From Bacteroidales bacterium (lineage in GTDB: Bacteria > Bacteroidota > Bacteroidia > Bacteroidales > UBA4417): 64,000 nt of DNA. Position 1 is the first letter of the stretch; the number at the start of each line of letters is the position of its first letter. Where the stretch lies: assembly GCA_038249705.1 (NCBI GenBank), contig JBBSDC010000001.1, forward strand, positions 103 to 64,102, written 5' to 3'. Below the pieces are notes generated by a model. That model was not told the origin of the DNA, made no database searches, and saw nothing but the letters and a program-made list of their open reading frames with translations. The position numbers and the translations under genes are program-made. Of this stretch, positions 28,980 through 39,055 are shown in pieces.

Positions 28980-29846
28980 ATGGCTTACAATTTACTTAAA
29001 GGTAAAAAGGGAATCATTTTCGGTGCACTTAACAACATGTCGATTGCATGGAAAGTAGCAGAAAAAGCACACGAAGAAGGCGCTCAGTTTGTGCTTACAA
29101 ATACACCAATGGCTCTTCGCCTTGGAGATACACATCATTTAGCCGAAGCAACAAATTCAATTATAGTACCTGCTGATGCTACCAGCATTCCTGATCTTGA
29201 AAATGTTTTCAAAAAGACAATGGAACATTTCGATGGAAAAATTGATTTTATCCTTCATTCTATCGGTATGTCGCCTAACGTACGTAAGAAAATTCCTTAC
29301 GATGCACTTAACTATGAAAATTACCTTAAAACCCTTGATATTTCTGCTATTTCATTTCATAAAGTAATACAAACCGCCAAGAAATTTGATGCTTTAAATG
29401 AATGGGGCTCCATTGTAGCTCTGTCGTATGTAGCGGCTCAGCGCACTCTTTTTGAGTATAATGATATGGCTGACGCAAAAGCAGCCTTAGAGAGCATCGC
29501 ACGCAGTTTCGGATATATATACGGACGCGAAAAGCACATCCGCATTAATACTGTATCGCAGTCGCCAACGCTTACAACTGCTGGTAGTGGAGTAAAAGGT
29601 ATAGGTGGTTTGATGGATTTCACTGAACGTATGTCGCCACTAGGCAATGCAACTGCTGAGGAATGTGCTGATTATTGTCTCACGCTTTTCAGCGATCTGA
29701 CCCGGAAAGTTACCATGCAGAATCTTTTCAACGATGGCGGTTTTTCAAGCATGGGTATGAGTGCCCGCGCTATGGAAATGTATAATAAAAGTCTCGATTG
29801 CCGCGACTGTCACGATCATCCGGATAACTGCAAAATTGAAGAATAA
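28980..29846 (+). CDS. fabI: enoyl-[acyl-carrier-protein] reductase (NADH), FabI type
   Basis: 288 aa. LKGKKGIIFG...SIAW N-terminus, and a Y..M..AKAALE catalytic Tyr/Lys block (YNDMADAKAALES). Confidence 0.88.
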   Translation: MAYNLLKGKKGIIFGALNNMSIAWKVAEKAHEEGAQFVLTNTPMALRLGDTHHLAEATNSIIVPADATSIPDLENVFKKTMEHFDGKIDFILHSIGMSPNVRKKIPYDALNYENYLKTLDISAISFHKVIQTAKKFDALNEWGSIVALSYVAAQRTLFEYNDMADAKAALESIARSFGYIYGREKHIRINTVSQSPTLTTAGSGVKGIGGLMDFTERMSPLGNATAEECADYCLTLFSDLTRKVTMQNLFNDGGFSSMGMSARAMEMYNKSLDCRDCHDHPDNCKIEE

Positions 29847-29899
29847 GCTTGATTCGTGGTGTATACTGAAGTATTTTGTTAAAGTAATAGCACTAAAAC

Positions 29900-30382
29900 T
29901 CAACCAGTACCAAGATTAATTGAATAAGTATACACAGCCTGGGACTTAGGTTCCGGGCTGTTTGTTTTGTCAGGAACCGGAGATGTGTAATTGAGCTGAA
30001 CTCCAGGTTTATCAATATTTTCAGGTTTAATATTATTTTCAGCTGGTTTTGGTAATTGGAAATGTATGCGTGTTTTCATCTCTGCTTTCATTTTTACTCC
30101 CCGGTTTCTGGCTGGTTCGTATTGCATTAACTTTATAACTCGAATGGCTTCATCATCGCAACCATGCCCGATTCCTTTTGTTACTTCCACATCCACAATT
30201 TCGCCTATATTATTAACTGTATAGCGCACAAAAACAAGGCCTTCAACATTGTTGGCAATAGCCTGTTCGGGATACACGATATTATCTTTGACAAATTTCT
30301 GATATGCTTCTTTTCCTCCCGGAAAAGTGGGGATTTTCAGGAAATTCTTCCTTTTCGGATTTTTGGGATCGTTATGTTTCAC
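29900..30382 (-). CDS. TonB C-terminal-domain protein (no recognisable N-terminal anchor)
   Basis: 160 aa. PTFPGGKEAYQKFVKDNIVYPEQAIANNVEGLVFVRYTVNNIGEIVDVEV.KGIG.GCDDEA.RVI is a TonB_C fold. It is followed by a Pro-rich tail and has no TM helix. Confidence 0.7.
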   Translation of the reverse strand: MKHNDPKNPKRKNFLKIPTFPGGKEAYQKFVKDNIVYPEQAIANNVEGLVFVRYTVNNIGEIVDVEVTKGIGHGCDDEAIRVIKLMQYEPARNRGVKMKAEMKTRIHFQLPKPAENNIKPENIDKPGVQLNYTSPVPDKTNSPEPKSQAVYTYSINLGTG

Positions 30383-30631
30383 TTTACAAAATTAACAAAT
30401 TTTCCTGTTTGATTATAAAAGTAGCAATTTCAAAAAAATGCGTCTATATAAATTTGCATCTATTTGATTAACTGTTAATTGAAATATAGCTTGCAAGGAT
30501 ATTTGCTGTTCATACCCACAGTTTTTCAATATGTATTCAAATAATGCTAAATTTGTCAACGCAAAAATAAATTGATAAATTAACCTAAGTTTAGGATTCA
30601 GTTTGGTTTGTATTTGAAAATCAATCAAGTA

Positions 30632-30639
30632 TAAATTTG
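30632..30639 (+). promoter_or_regulatory. -7 box TAAATTTG upstream of etfB (proximal of three copies)
   Basis: Exact TAnnTTTG match 43 nt upstream of the ATG at 30682. Identical octamers also occur at 30449-30456 and 30548-30555. Confidence 0.45.
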
Positions 30640-30681
30640 CAGACTAAAATTTCCTGAGATACCCAAAAAATTAAACAACAT

Positions 30682-31431
30682 ATGAAAATCCTGGTTTGTA
30701 TCAGCAATGTACCTGATACCACAACAAAAGTTAAATTCGTTGACGATTTGAAAAAGCTCGATGTAAATGGCATTCAATGGGTTATAAATCCGTGGGACGA
30801 ACTTGCCCTTACCCGTGCACTCGAAATGAAGGATGATGCATCTAATGCTATTCAATCTGTTTCTGTTGCCCATGTTGGGTTGGTAACTTCTGAGCCTACC
30901 ATTCGCAAAGCATTGGCTATTGGCGCTGATGACGCAATAAGGGTTAATACCGAAGCCGGGGAAGCTTATGCAATAGCAGCACAACTGGCTGAAGCTATCC
31001 GGAACGAGAATTTCGATATAATAATGTGTGGTATCGAGTCGAGCGATCATAACGGATCGACAGTAGGAGGGATGCTTGCTGAATTTTTAAGTTATCCATC
31101 TGTTACCGGTGTTTCTTCCATTAAAATTGAAAGCGGGCAAACTGTGATAACCCGCGAAATAGATGGAGGTAAAGAAATCCTCACAGTTCCATCGCCCTTT
31201 GTTGCCGTTGTTCAGAAAGGAATTGCAAAAGAACCCCGGATTGCAGCCATGCGTGGAATTATGATGGCACGTACCAAATCTATTAAAGTGCTTGAACCAC
31301 AAGCAATTGATAGTCTTACCGAGGTTATAGGTTACGAATTGCCAAAACCTCGTGCAGCCTGTAAATATGTTGAAGCCGATAATGCCGGTGAGCTTATTGC
31401 TTTATTACAAAACGAAGCCAAGGTTTTTTAA
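30682..31431 (+). CDS. etfB: electron transfer flavoprotein, beta subunit (pair 1, short type)
   Basis: 249 aa starting MKILVCISNVPDTTTKVKF...NPWDELALTRALE..., the canonical ETF-beta N-terminus. Confidence 0.92.
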   Translation: MKILVCISNVPDTTTKVKFVDDLKKLDVNGIQWVINPWDELALTRALEMKDDASNAIQSVSVAHVGLVTSEPTIRKALAIGADDAIRVNTEAGEAYAIAAQLAEAIRNENFDIIMCGIESSDHNGSTVGGMLAEFLSYPSVTGVSSIKIESGQTVITREIDGGKEILTVPSPFVAVVQKGIAKEPRIAAMRGIMMARTKSIKVLEPQAIDSLTEVIGYELPKPRAACKYVEADNAGELIALLQNEAKVF

Positions 31432-31471
31432 TTCATTTATTCATTCACATCGTAAAAAAACGAATCATTAT

Positions 31472-32443
31472 ATGTCAGTATTAGTATTCCTCGAAAATTG
31501 GGATGGTAAATTCAAGAAATTGTCATTCGAATTAGTTTCGTATGCATCCAAAGTGGCCGAAATGCTTGGCGATCAGGCAGTAGCACTTTCAATTGGAAAA
31601 GTTGATACCTCAGAACTCGAAAAATTAGCTACGTATGGCGCATCAAAAGTGATCAGTATCGAAAATGATTCGATCAAAGCTTTTGATGATCAGGCTTTTA
31701 CAAGCCTGATTGCAGAAGTGGCGCAAAAAACAGGCGCAAAAGTCCTGGTGTTATCGAACAACAATACAGGCAAAGCACTTGCACCAAGGCTTTCAGTAAG
31801 GCTGAAAGCGGGTGTAGCTTCCGGTGTTAGTAAATTACCGGTTAGCGTTAATCCTTTTGTTGTTTATAAAAAGGTATTTTCGGGCAAAGCTTTCGCTAAC
31901 GTTGCCATTAAAACAGATATTAAAATTCTTACACTGGCACAAAACTCTTTCGATCTGTTTGAATCTCCTAAAACTTTTACTATTGAGAAAATGGATATTC
32001 AGCCTGACGGAAATCTGATGAAAACCCAGGTGAAAGATGTTCAAAAACAATCGGGTAAAATACTTATTACCGATGCTGATATTGTTATTTCCGGTGGCCG
32101 GGGTATGAAATCGCCCGATAACTGGGGGCCATTAGTTGAACTGGCTAAGCTTCTCGGTGCTGCAACTGCCTGTTCGCGACCGGTTTCTGATGAAGGCTGG
32201 CGTACCCACGATGAGCATACCGGGCAAACAGGTAAAATTATTGCTCCTAACCTCTATTTTGCTATAGGTATTTCAGGAGCAACTCAACATCTTGCAGGTA
32301 TAAGTTCATCAAAGTTTATCGTTGCAATAAATACCGATAAGGACGCTCCGATTTTTGAAGCGGCCCAGTATGGAATTGTAGGCGATGCCTTGAAAGTGCT
32401 TCCTAAACTGGTTGAAGCCGTTAAAGAAATGAAATCAAAGTAA
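31472..32443 (+). CDS. etfA: electron transfer flavoprotein, alpha subunit (pair 1)
   Basis: 323 aa from the ATG at 31472. The track ORF from 31352 overlaps etfB in another frame. The C-terminal FAD block is ...VISGGRG...RPVSDEGW....H.GQTGK...P.LY.A.GISGA.QH..G.... Confidence 0.92.
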   Translation: MSVLVFLENWDGKFKKLSFELVSYASKVAEMLGDQAVALSIGKVDTSELEKLATYGASKVISIENDSIKAFDDQAFTSLIAEVAQKTGAKVLVLSNNNTGKALAPRLSVRLKAGVASGVSKLPVSVNPFVVYKKVFSGKAFANVAIKTDIKILTLAQNSFDLFESPKTFTIEKMDIQPDGNLMKTQVKDVQKQSGKILITDADIVISGGRGMKSPDNWGPLVELAKLLGAATACSRPVSDEGWRTHDEHTGQTGKIIAPNLYFAIGISGATQHLAGISSSKFIVAINTDKDAPIFEAAQYGIVGDALKVLPKLVEAVKEMKSK

Positions 32444-32472
32444 ACAAGGTTATTAAACTCAGGCAAAATGCA

Positions 32473-32504
32473 CTTAAAGTATTTATTGACTAATTTACTT
32501 TAAG
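32473..32504 (+). promoter_or_regulatory. 9-bp perfect inverted repeat between etfA and the Fe-S membrane protein gene
   Basis: cttaaagta (32473-32481) and tactttaag (32496-32504) flank a 14-nt loop. This could be an RNA hairpin or a dimeric operator; its function is unknown. Confidence 0.3.
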
Positions 32505-32533
32505 GGAATATTTTGCTTGTAAATCAATTGATT

Positions 32534-33853
32534 ATGGCAAAGCAAATAGTTTTTGCACTCACCATTCTGATTACTCTGGGTGTTTTTACCTTCACCATCC
32601 TGAGGCTAATCAGCTGGTTCAAATTCACCAAAGCCAATTTCCCTATCCGCGATTTCGGAAAACGGTTTATGGTAATGTTGGATGTTGCCATAGGGCAAAC
32701 CAAAATTTTCCGTCGACCGGTGATTGGGTTTTTTCATGCACTTGTTTTCTGGGGATTCTGCGTTATCATTTTCGGAAGTTTCGAAATGATTATTGACGGA
32801 TTGTTTGGAGTGGAACGCTCGTTAAAATTCATGGGAAGCCTGCATGATATTATTATGGCCTCCGGTGATATTTTTGCTTTACTGGTAGCAGTTTCCATTA
32901 TAATTTTCATAGCTCGGAGGCTTTTTATGCATATCAGTCGTTTCGAAGGAATTGAAATGAAAAAGAAATCGCATCAGGATGCTAACATCGCGCTGACAAT
33001 GATTTTGTTACTGATGCTTACGCTGATGGGAATGAATGCGGCTTATGTTCAGCTTCAACTATCTGCAAATGAATCAATTTATGGGGTTTATCCCGTAGGA
33101 GTATTTCTGGCACCTTTGTTTAGTGGATTATCGCTGCACGGGGTTCATGTGGCACATGAAATTTTCTGGTGGTCGCACATACTTCTGATTTTTATTTTTG
33201 CTAACGTTCTTCCGTATTCCAAGCATTTCCATGTATTTCTGTCGGTTCCAAATACGTTCCTAACCCGCCTCGAACCACTCGGGAAACTCACCAACATGGA
33301 TGATATTACCCGTGAGGTTAAACTGATGCTCGATCCGAATGCTACTTTCGATGCGCCTGCCGCTGATGCACCTATAAGCCGTTTTGGAGTTAAGGATGTG
33401 GAAGATGTTTCGTGGAAAAATTATTTCGATTCGCTAACATGCACTGAGTGTGGTCGTTGTTCAGCAGTTTGCCCGGCAAATACAACCGGCAAGCTTCTGT
33501 CGCCTCGTAAAATATTTATGGATCTACGTGCACGAATGAAAGAAAAAGGTCCCGGAATGGTGAAATTAGGTAAAGAATTTAATGACAATAAATCATTACT
33601 TCGTGATTATATATCGGAAGAAGAACTCTGGGCTTGCACTACCTGTAATGCATGTGCGCAGGAGTGCCCCGTTAATATCAATCATCCGACATTAATCCTC
33701 GATATGCGACGATATCTCGTAATGGAAGAAAGCTCTGCTCCAACCGGATTGAAAACCATGTTCAGCAACATCGAGAACAATGGCGCTCCGTGGCAATATT
33801 CATCGGAAGATCGCTTGCTTTGGGCTGAGAACCTGGAGATGAAAGTTTTATAA
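32534..33853 (+). CDS. membrane-anchored 4Fe-4S dicluster protein (N-terminal part of a HdrD/EtfD-like oxidoreductase)
   Basis: About 6 TM helices followed by two ferredoxin-type motifs, CTECGRCSAVCP and CTTCNACAQECP. I prefer the ATG at 32534 over the TTG at 32513. Confidence 0.8.
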   Translation: MAKQIVFALTILITLGVFTFTILRLISWFKFTKANFPIRDFGKRFMVMLDVAIGQTKIFRRPVIGFFHALVFWGFCVIIFGSFEMIIDGLFGVERSLKFMGSLHDIIMASGDIFALLVAVSIIIFIARRLFMHISRFEGIEMKKKSHQDANIALTMILLLMLTLMGMNAAYVQLQLSANESIYGVYPVGVFLAPLFSGLSLHGVHVAHEIFWWSHILLIFIFANVLPYSKHFHVFLSVPNTFLTRLEPLGKLTNMDDITREVKLMLDPNATFDAPAADAPISRFGVKDVEDVSWKNYFDSLTCTECGRCSAVCPANTTGKLLSPRKIFMDLRARMKEKGPGMVKLGKEFNDNKSLLRDYISEEELWACTTCNACAQECPVNINHPTLILDMRRYLVMEESSAPTGLKTMFSNIENNGAPWQYSSEDRLLWAENLEMKVL

Positions 33854-33864
33854 TAAAAGAAGGA

Positions 33865-33961
33865 GACCACTAAGCTACTCAGAATACTAATAGCCAATGA
33901 GTTGCAAAATAATTACCATAAAAAACTTAGTGAACCTTTGTGTACTAAGTGTCTTAGTGGT
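33865..33961 (+). promoter_or_regulatory. four-segment alternative-hairpin element (attenuator-like) in the spacer between the two oxidoreductase genes
   Basis: Segments ccactaag (33867-74), cttagtg (33926-32), actaag (33945-50) and cttagtgg (33953-60) can pair 1:2, 2:3, 3:4 or 1:4. The 3:4 hairpin is followed by GGTTTT. Confidence 0.35.
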
Positions 33962-34003
33962 TTTAAAAAAATAAAGCAACAGCTCTAAATTAATTCTTAA
34001 ACA

Positions 34004-34795
34004 ATGGAATCAAAGAAAATAGAAATCCCTGTAATGGCCGATTTATTTGCCCGTGGCGAAAAACCCGAATACCTGTTCTGGGTTGGCTGCGCCGGAGCAT
34101 TCGACGACCGATATAAAAAAGTTACCCGTGCTTTTGCAAAAATTCTTACTCACCTTAATATTAGCTATGCAGTACTTGGGAAAGAAGAATCTTGTACAGG
34201 CGATCCCGCCCGCAGGGCAGGCAACGAAATGCTTTACCAGATGCAGGCCATGCAGAATATTGCCATCCTCGATGGATACGAAGTGAAGAAAATTATTACC
34301 ATCTGCCCGCATTGCTTCAATATTTTCAAAAACGAATACCCTGACCTTGGTGGAAAGTATGAAGTAATTAATTACATACAATTTCTGGATAAATATATCG
34401 AAAATGGAACTATAAAACTGGATGCTTCATTGCTTGGAAGTACCAGGATAACCTATCACGACCCTTGCTACCTCGGACGAGGGAATGATATTTATGCCGA
34501 GCCCCGCAGTATTTTGAAAAAGCTTACCAATGATTTTGTGGAACTGGAGCGTAATAAAAGTTTCTCATACTGCTGTGGTGCGGGCGGTGCGCAAATGTTT
34601 AAGGAAGCAGAACCAGGCAAGAAGGAAGTATTTATTGAACGTACTGAAGAAGTGTTGCGTTCAGAAGCGAAAATTGTCGCAACTGCCTGTCCTTTCTGCA
34701 TGACTATGCTTACCGATGGTTTGAAATATAAGAATAAAGAAGAAGTGAAAAACCTGGATATCGCGGAACTCATTGTGCAGGTGCTGGATTTATAA
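34004..34795 (+). CDS. CCG-domain (cysteine-rich, HdrD/GlpC/LutA-like) Fe-S oxidoreductase subunit
   Basis: 263 aa with two CCG-type cysteine motifs (...WVGCAG...CPHC... and ...YCCGAGG...CPFC...). Confidence 0.82.
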   Translation: MESKKIEIPVMADLFARGEKPEYLFWVGCAGAFDDRYKKVTRAFAKILTHLNISYAVLGKEESCTGDPARRAGNEMLYQMQAMQNIAILDGYEVKKIITICPHCFNIFKNEYPDLGGKYEVINYIQFLDKYIENGTIKLDASLLGSTRITYHDPCYLGRGNDIYAEPRSILKKLTNDFVELERNKSFSYCCGAGGAQMFKEAEPGKKEVFIERTEEVLRSEAKIVATACPFCMTMLTDGLKYKNKEEVKNLDIAELIVQVLDL

Positions 34796-34983
34796 AATAA
34801 ATTAATGGTCATTAGAAAATGGGAAATAGTGATACTAAACACGTCACTGCTTCCTATAACTTTTTCTATAAACTTTTCAATATAATCTCTTCACAGTTAG
34901 ATAGATATGCATCAATTTATATATTTAAAACCTTGATTCAGCCTGCATTACAGTATTTTTTTTGCAGATTTGACCTAAAAGTG

Positions 34984-34991
34984 TAATTTTG
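34984..34991 (+). promoter_or_regulatory. -7 box TAATTTTG upstream of the second etfBA-acd operon
   Basis: Exact TAnnTTTG match 76 nt upstream of the ATG at 35067. Confidence 0.4.
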
Positions 34992-35066
34992 CGCCCCTGG
35001 TTTCCTGCCTCATCGCTCTGATGACTTTAGCGGGAAATATCTAAGTCATAACCTGATTTACCATTT

Positions 35067-35939
35067 ATGCGTTTTAGAATAATTGTGCTTGCCAAGCAGG
35101 TTCCTGATACACGGAACGTTGGAAAAGATGCCATGAAAGCGGATGGCACTGTTAACCGGGCAGCTCTGCCTGCTATTTTCAACCCTGAAGATTTACATGC
35201 CCTTGAACAGGCACTGAGCATCAAAGATAAAATTCCTGAAGCAGAAGTTATTGTTCTGACAATGGGTCCTTTCCGCGCTGCCGAAATCATTCGTGAAGCC
35301 ATGTATCGCGGTGCCGACAGAGGTTACCTGATTACAGACCGTAAATTTGCCGGTTCCGATACGCTTGCAACCTCATACGCTCTTTCATTGGCTGTAAAAA
35401 AACTTGCACCATACCACCTTGTAATTTCAGGGCGCCAGGCCATTGATGGCGATACTGCCCAGGTTGGCCCGCAAACTGCCGAAAAGCTAGGTATTCCGCA
35501 AATTACATATGCGGAAGAAATACTTTCCGTCGATGCAAAAAAAATCATAATTAAGCGAAGGCTCGAAAGGGGAGTAGAAGTCGTAAATTCCACTTTACCT
35601 GCGGCTATCACTGTTCACAGCTCAGCTCCGGTTTGCCGCCAGCGTGTTGGTAAACTTCTGATGAAATACAAGCATGCCCGCACTGTGACTGAACTACAGA
35701 ACGAAACTAAAGATTATACCGAATTATACAGCGCCAGGCCATACCTGCTTATTGACGAATGGACAGCCGACGATTTGAAAGCTGAACCCGAAATGCTTGG
35801 CCTTTCAGGATCGCCTACCAAGGTTAAAAAAATCGAAAACGTTGTTTTTCAACATAAAGATTCAACCGTTTTAGGCAATTCCGATAAGGAAATTGAAGGG
35901 TTGATGCAGAATCTGATCAACAGTCATGTTATCGGGTAA
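35067..35939 (+). CDS. electron transfer flavoprotein, beta subunit (pair 2, long FixA-like type)
   Basis: 290 aa. MRFRIIVLAKQVPDTRNV...ADGTVNRAALPAIFNPEDLHALEQAL is an ETF-beta fold of the longer anaerobe/FixA-like kind. Confidence 0.9.
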   Translation: MRFRIIVLAKQVPDTRNVGKDAMKADGTVNRAALPAIFNPEDLHALEQALSIKDKIPEAEVIVLTMGPFRAAEIIREAMYRGADRGYLITDRKFAGSDTLATSYALSLAVKKLAPYHLVISGRQAIDGDTAQVGPQTAEKLGIPQITYAEEILSVDAKKIIIKRRLERGVEVVNSTLPAAITVHSSAPVCRQRVGKLLMKYKHARTVTELQNETKDYTELYSARPYLLIDEWTADDLKAEPEMLGLSGSPTKVKKIENVVFQHKDSTVLGNSDKEIEGLMQNLINSHVIG

Positions 35940-35977
35940 TCCAAAAAAAAAAAATCATTGACTAATACCATAAGCAC

Positions 35978-37000
35978 GTGAACAACATATTTGTTTATTG
36001 CGAAGTTACTGACGAAGGACTGATTGCAGACGTAAGTCTCGAACTCCTGTCGAAAGGGAAAAAACTGGCAAATGACCTTAAAGTGAAACTGGAAGCAGTT
36101 GTAATCGGATATAAAGTTAAAAACATCGAATCACAGTTGTATCCTTTTGGCGTTGATGTAATTCATTACGCTGACGAGGAAAGGCTTTTCCCTTATACAA
36201 CACTTCCTCACGCATCCATTATTCTCGATCTTTTTAAGAAAGAGAAACCTGAAATTGCCATTTTCGGCGCAACCAGTATTGGCCGCGATTTAGCTCCTCG
36301 TGTAGCTTCGGCGCTTCGTTGCGGGCTAACTGCCGATTGTACAAGTCTCGAAATTGGCGACCATTTCGAAAATAAGACCCAGACTGAATATAAGAACCTT
36401 CTGTATCAGATAAGGCCAGCCTTTGGTGGTAACATTATCGCAACCATTATAAATCCCGAAACCAGGCCGCAAATGGCTACTGTAAGGGAAGGAGTAATGA
36501 AAAAAGAAGTTTTTTCCAATAAATTTAAAGGAAAGCTCGTAAAAATTGATGCAAAAAGCATTCTTAAAGATGATGATTTTGCAGTAACAATTATAGAGCG
36601 TCATATGGAAAAAAGCAAGATCGATATCAAAAACTCACAGGTTATCATTTCCGGTGGTTATGGTGTAGGATCAAAAGAAAATTTCAATCTGCTTTTTGAT
36701 CTTGCTGATATTCTTGGGGCTCAGGTTGGCGCATCCCGCGCTGCTGTAGATGCAGGATTTGTTGAGCACGAACGGCAGGTTGGACAAACTGGTGTTACTG
36801 TCAGGCCTAAACTGTATATTGCCTGTGGCATTTCAGGAGCAGTTCAGCATAGGGCAGGCATGGATCAATCTGCGCAGATCATTTCGATCAATACTGATGT
36901 TCATGCACCTATCAATAATATTGCAGATTATACTATCATTGGAAGTGTTGCAGATGTAATTCCGAAAATGATCAAATATTACAAGAAAAACTCGAAGTAA
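35978..37000 (+). CDS. electron transfer flavoprotein, alpha subunit (pair 2, FixB-like)
   Basis: 340 aa with a GTG start. The C-terminal block is ...IISGGYGVG...[36 protein letters not shown].... Confidence 0.9.
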   Translation: MNNIFVYCEVTDEGLIADVSLELLSKGKKLANDLKVKLEAVVIGYKVKNIESQLYPFGVDVIHYADEERLFPYTTLPHASIILDLFKKEKPEIAIFGATSIGRDLAPRVASALRCGLTADCTSLEIGDHFENKTQTEYKNLLYQIRPAFGGNIIATIINPETRPQMATVREGVMKKEVFSNKFKGKLVKIDAKSILKDDDFAVTIIERHMEKSKIDIKNSQVIISGGYGVGSKENFNLLFDLADILGAQVGASRAAVDAGFVEHERQVGQTGVTVRPKLYIACGISGAVQHRAGMDQSAQIISINTDVHAPINNIADYTIIGSVADVIPKMIKYYKKNSK

Positions 37001-37014
37001 ATTAACTGACCATC

Positions 37015-38718
37015 ATGGAAAATTTCTATACCGACAATCCCCATCTCAGGTTTCACCTTACCCATCCTTTGATGGAGAAAATTGTAAAACTGAAAGAAGC
37101 GGGCTATAGCCAGAAAGATAAATACGATTTTGCACCTCTCGATTTTGAAGATGCCATCGACAATTACGATAAAGTGATGGAGATAATCGGCGAGATCAGC
37201 GGCGAAATTATTGGCCCTAATGCTGAATCCGTTGATAAAGAAGGGCCGAAACTTATTGATAACGAGGTAAAATACGCACGGGGCACTCAGCAAAATTACG
37301 ATGCATTAGTAAAAGCCGGCCTGGTAGGATTCACGCTCCCAAGGGAATATGATGGACTTAACATGCCAATTGTTCCTTATGTAATGTCAGGCGAAATAGT
37401 GTCGCGTGCTGATGCCGGATTTGCCAATATATGGGGTCTTCAGGACTGTGCCGAAACCATCCATGAATTTGCTTCTGATGAAATAAAGGCGGAATTTCTG
37501 CCTCGTTTTAATAAAGGGGCAACTGCGGCAATGGATCTTACTGAACCTGATGCGGGATCGGATTTGCAAGCCGTTCAGCTTAAAGCTACGTATGATAATC
37601 ATAAGCATAAATGGATGCTTGATGGCGTAAAACGTTTTATTACTAACGGAGATGCCGATATTTCACTGGTTTTAGCCCGTTCCGAGGAAGGAACATCTGA
37701 TGCACGCGGACTTTCACTTTTTGTTTATGATCGAAGCGATAAAGCCGTAACAGTTCGTCGTATCGAAAATAAACTTGGTATAAAAGGATCGCCAACTTGC
37801 GAACTGGTTTTCCGAAATGCTCCGGCCAAACTGATCTGTGATTCCAAACTTGGTCTTATAAAATATGTTATGTCACTGATGAATTCAGCCCGTTTGGGTG
37901 TTGGTTCTCAGTCTGCCGGAATTGCTGAAGCTGCTTATCGTGAAGCTTTGAAATATGCTGTTGAACGTGAGCAATTCGGGAAATCCATTATCAAGTATGC
38001 TGCCGTTTACGAAATGCTTACCAATATGCGTGTAAAGATTGACGCCATGCGCACTTTACTATACGAAACTGCCAGGTATGTAGATATTTACAAGGCATAT
38101 GCTCATGCATCCAAAGAGCGTAAACTGGAACCCGAAGAACGTCAGGATGCTAAAATGTATCAGAAACTTGCTGATATGTACACACCTTTGGTAAAACTAT
38201 ATTCCAGCGAAGGTTGTAACCAGATAGCCTATGATGCCATTCAGATTTTTGGTGGAACCGGCTATATGAAAGACTTCCCTATCGAACGTATTTATCGCGA
38301 TGCACGTATCACTACCATATACGAAGGTACTTCGCAACTTCAGGTTGTAGCTGCTATACGCAATGTGGGAAATGGCGCATTTCTAGCTGTTATGCGTGAT
38401 CGTGCACAGTTATCAGTAAAACCTGAACTGGAATACCTGAAAGGAACACTGGAAAAAATGACCGAGCAATTTGCCAAAACAGTTGAAAAAGTTAATGAAT
38501 TCAATGATAATGAATACTTTGACTTCCATGCACGGCGTATGGTCGAAATGGCTGCAAATGTGCTGATCGGATACCTTTTGTTGTATGATGCAAACAGAAG
38601 TGAAGTGTATTCGAAATCAGCTGATATTTTTATCCGTAAAGCTCGTGCTGAAAACATCGCATCAGTTAGCTTCATTAATAATTGCCATCCTAAGGATATA
38701 AATGACTTTAAGATGTAA
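37015..38718 (+). CDS. acyl-CoA dehydrogenase, long form with C-terminal extension
   Basis: 567 aa. ...AMDLTEPDAGSDL..., ...IFGGTGYMKDFPIERIYRDARITTIYEGTSQLQ... are ACAD signatures. The start lies 15 nt after the etfA2 stop. Confidence 0.9.
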   Translation: MENFYTDNPHLRFHLTHPLMEKIVKLKEAGYSQKDKYDFAPLDFEDAIDNYDKVMEIIGEISGEIIGPNAESVDKEGPKLIDNEVKYARGTQQNYDALVKAGLVGFTLPREYDGLNMPIVPYVMSGEIVSRADAGFANIWGLQDCAETIHEFASDEIKAEFLPRFNKGATAAMDLTEPDAGSDLQAVQLKATYDNHKHKWMLDGVKRFITNGDADISLVLARSEEGTSDARGLSLFVYDRSDKAVTVRRIENKLGIKGSPTCELVFRNAPAKLICDSKLGLIKYVMSLMNSARLGVGSQSAGIAEAAYREALKYAVEREQFGKSIIKYAAVYEMLTNMRVKIDAMRTLLYETARYVDIYKAYAHASKERKLEPEERQDAKMYQKLADMYTPLVKLYSSEGCNQIAYDAIQIFGGTGYMKDFPIERIYRDARITTIYEGTSQLQVVAAIRNVGNGAFLAVMRDRAQLSVKPELEYLKGTLEKMTEQFAKTVEKVNEFNDNEYFDFHARRMVEMAANVLIGYLLLYDANRSEVYSKSADIFIRKARAENIASVSFINNCHPKDINDFKM

Positions 38719-38777
38719 GTAAACTGAATGAATTCCGTAATTTGGAATTAATACCAATAAACAACCTAACCACTTGA

Positions 38778-38810
38778 AAGAACGCTCATTAAAAGAGCGT
38801 TCTTTTTTGC
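38778..38810 (+). terminator. intrinsic terminator after acd-1
   Basis: aagaacgctc / gagcgttctt 10-bp stem followed by a T6 run. Confidence 0.8.
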
Positions 38811-39055
38811 TTTAGTTCATATCATATTCTATTGTCTTATATTTTTATTAACACATGGAAAATCCTATGATGTAAATTTTGTACTTTTCGACCGGTTTTC
38901 GCACCTTGAATTTATTGATTTCAATAGTTTCATCGCGTTAACTATACTGTGGAGTTTTGAAACAAAGCCTGAGATATCCGATGTCCGGGTTTAATAGCTG
39001 CGGGGCAATTACATAGAGATCAATTCAATACAAATCAAATACAACGATTTTATTA

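Noticed and set aside
30413-31050. Minus-strand ORFs 30413-30628 (71 aa) and 30625-31050 (141 aa).
   Set aside because: The first lies in an AT-rich promoter region and has an implausible I/L/F/Q-rich sequence. The second is antisense to the well-supported etfB gene. Both are shadow ORFs.
31352-31471. Upstream extension of etfA (track ORF starting at 31352).
   Set aside because: The extension overlaps the etfB 3' end in another frame and encodes a non-ETF-like peptide. The canonical MSVLVFLEN... N-terminus begins at the ATG at 31472.
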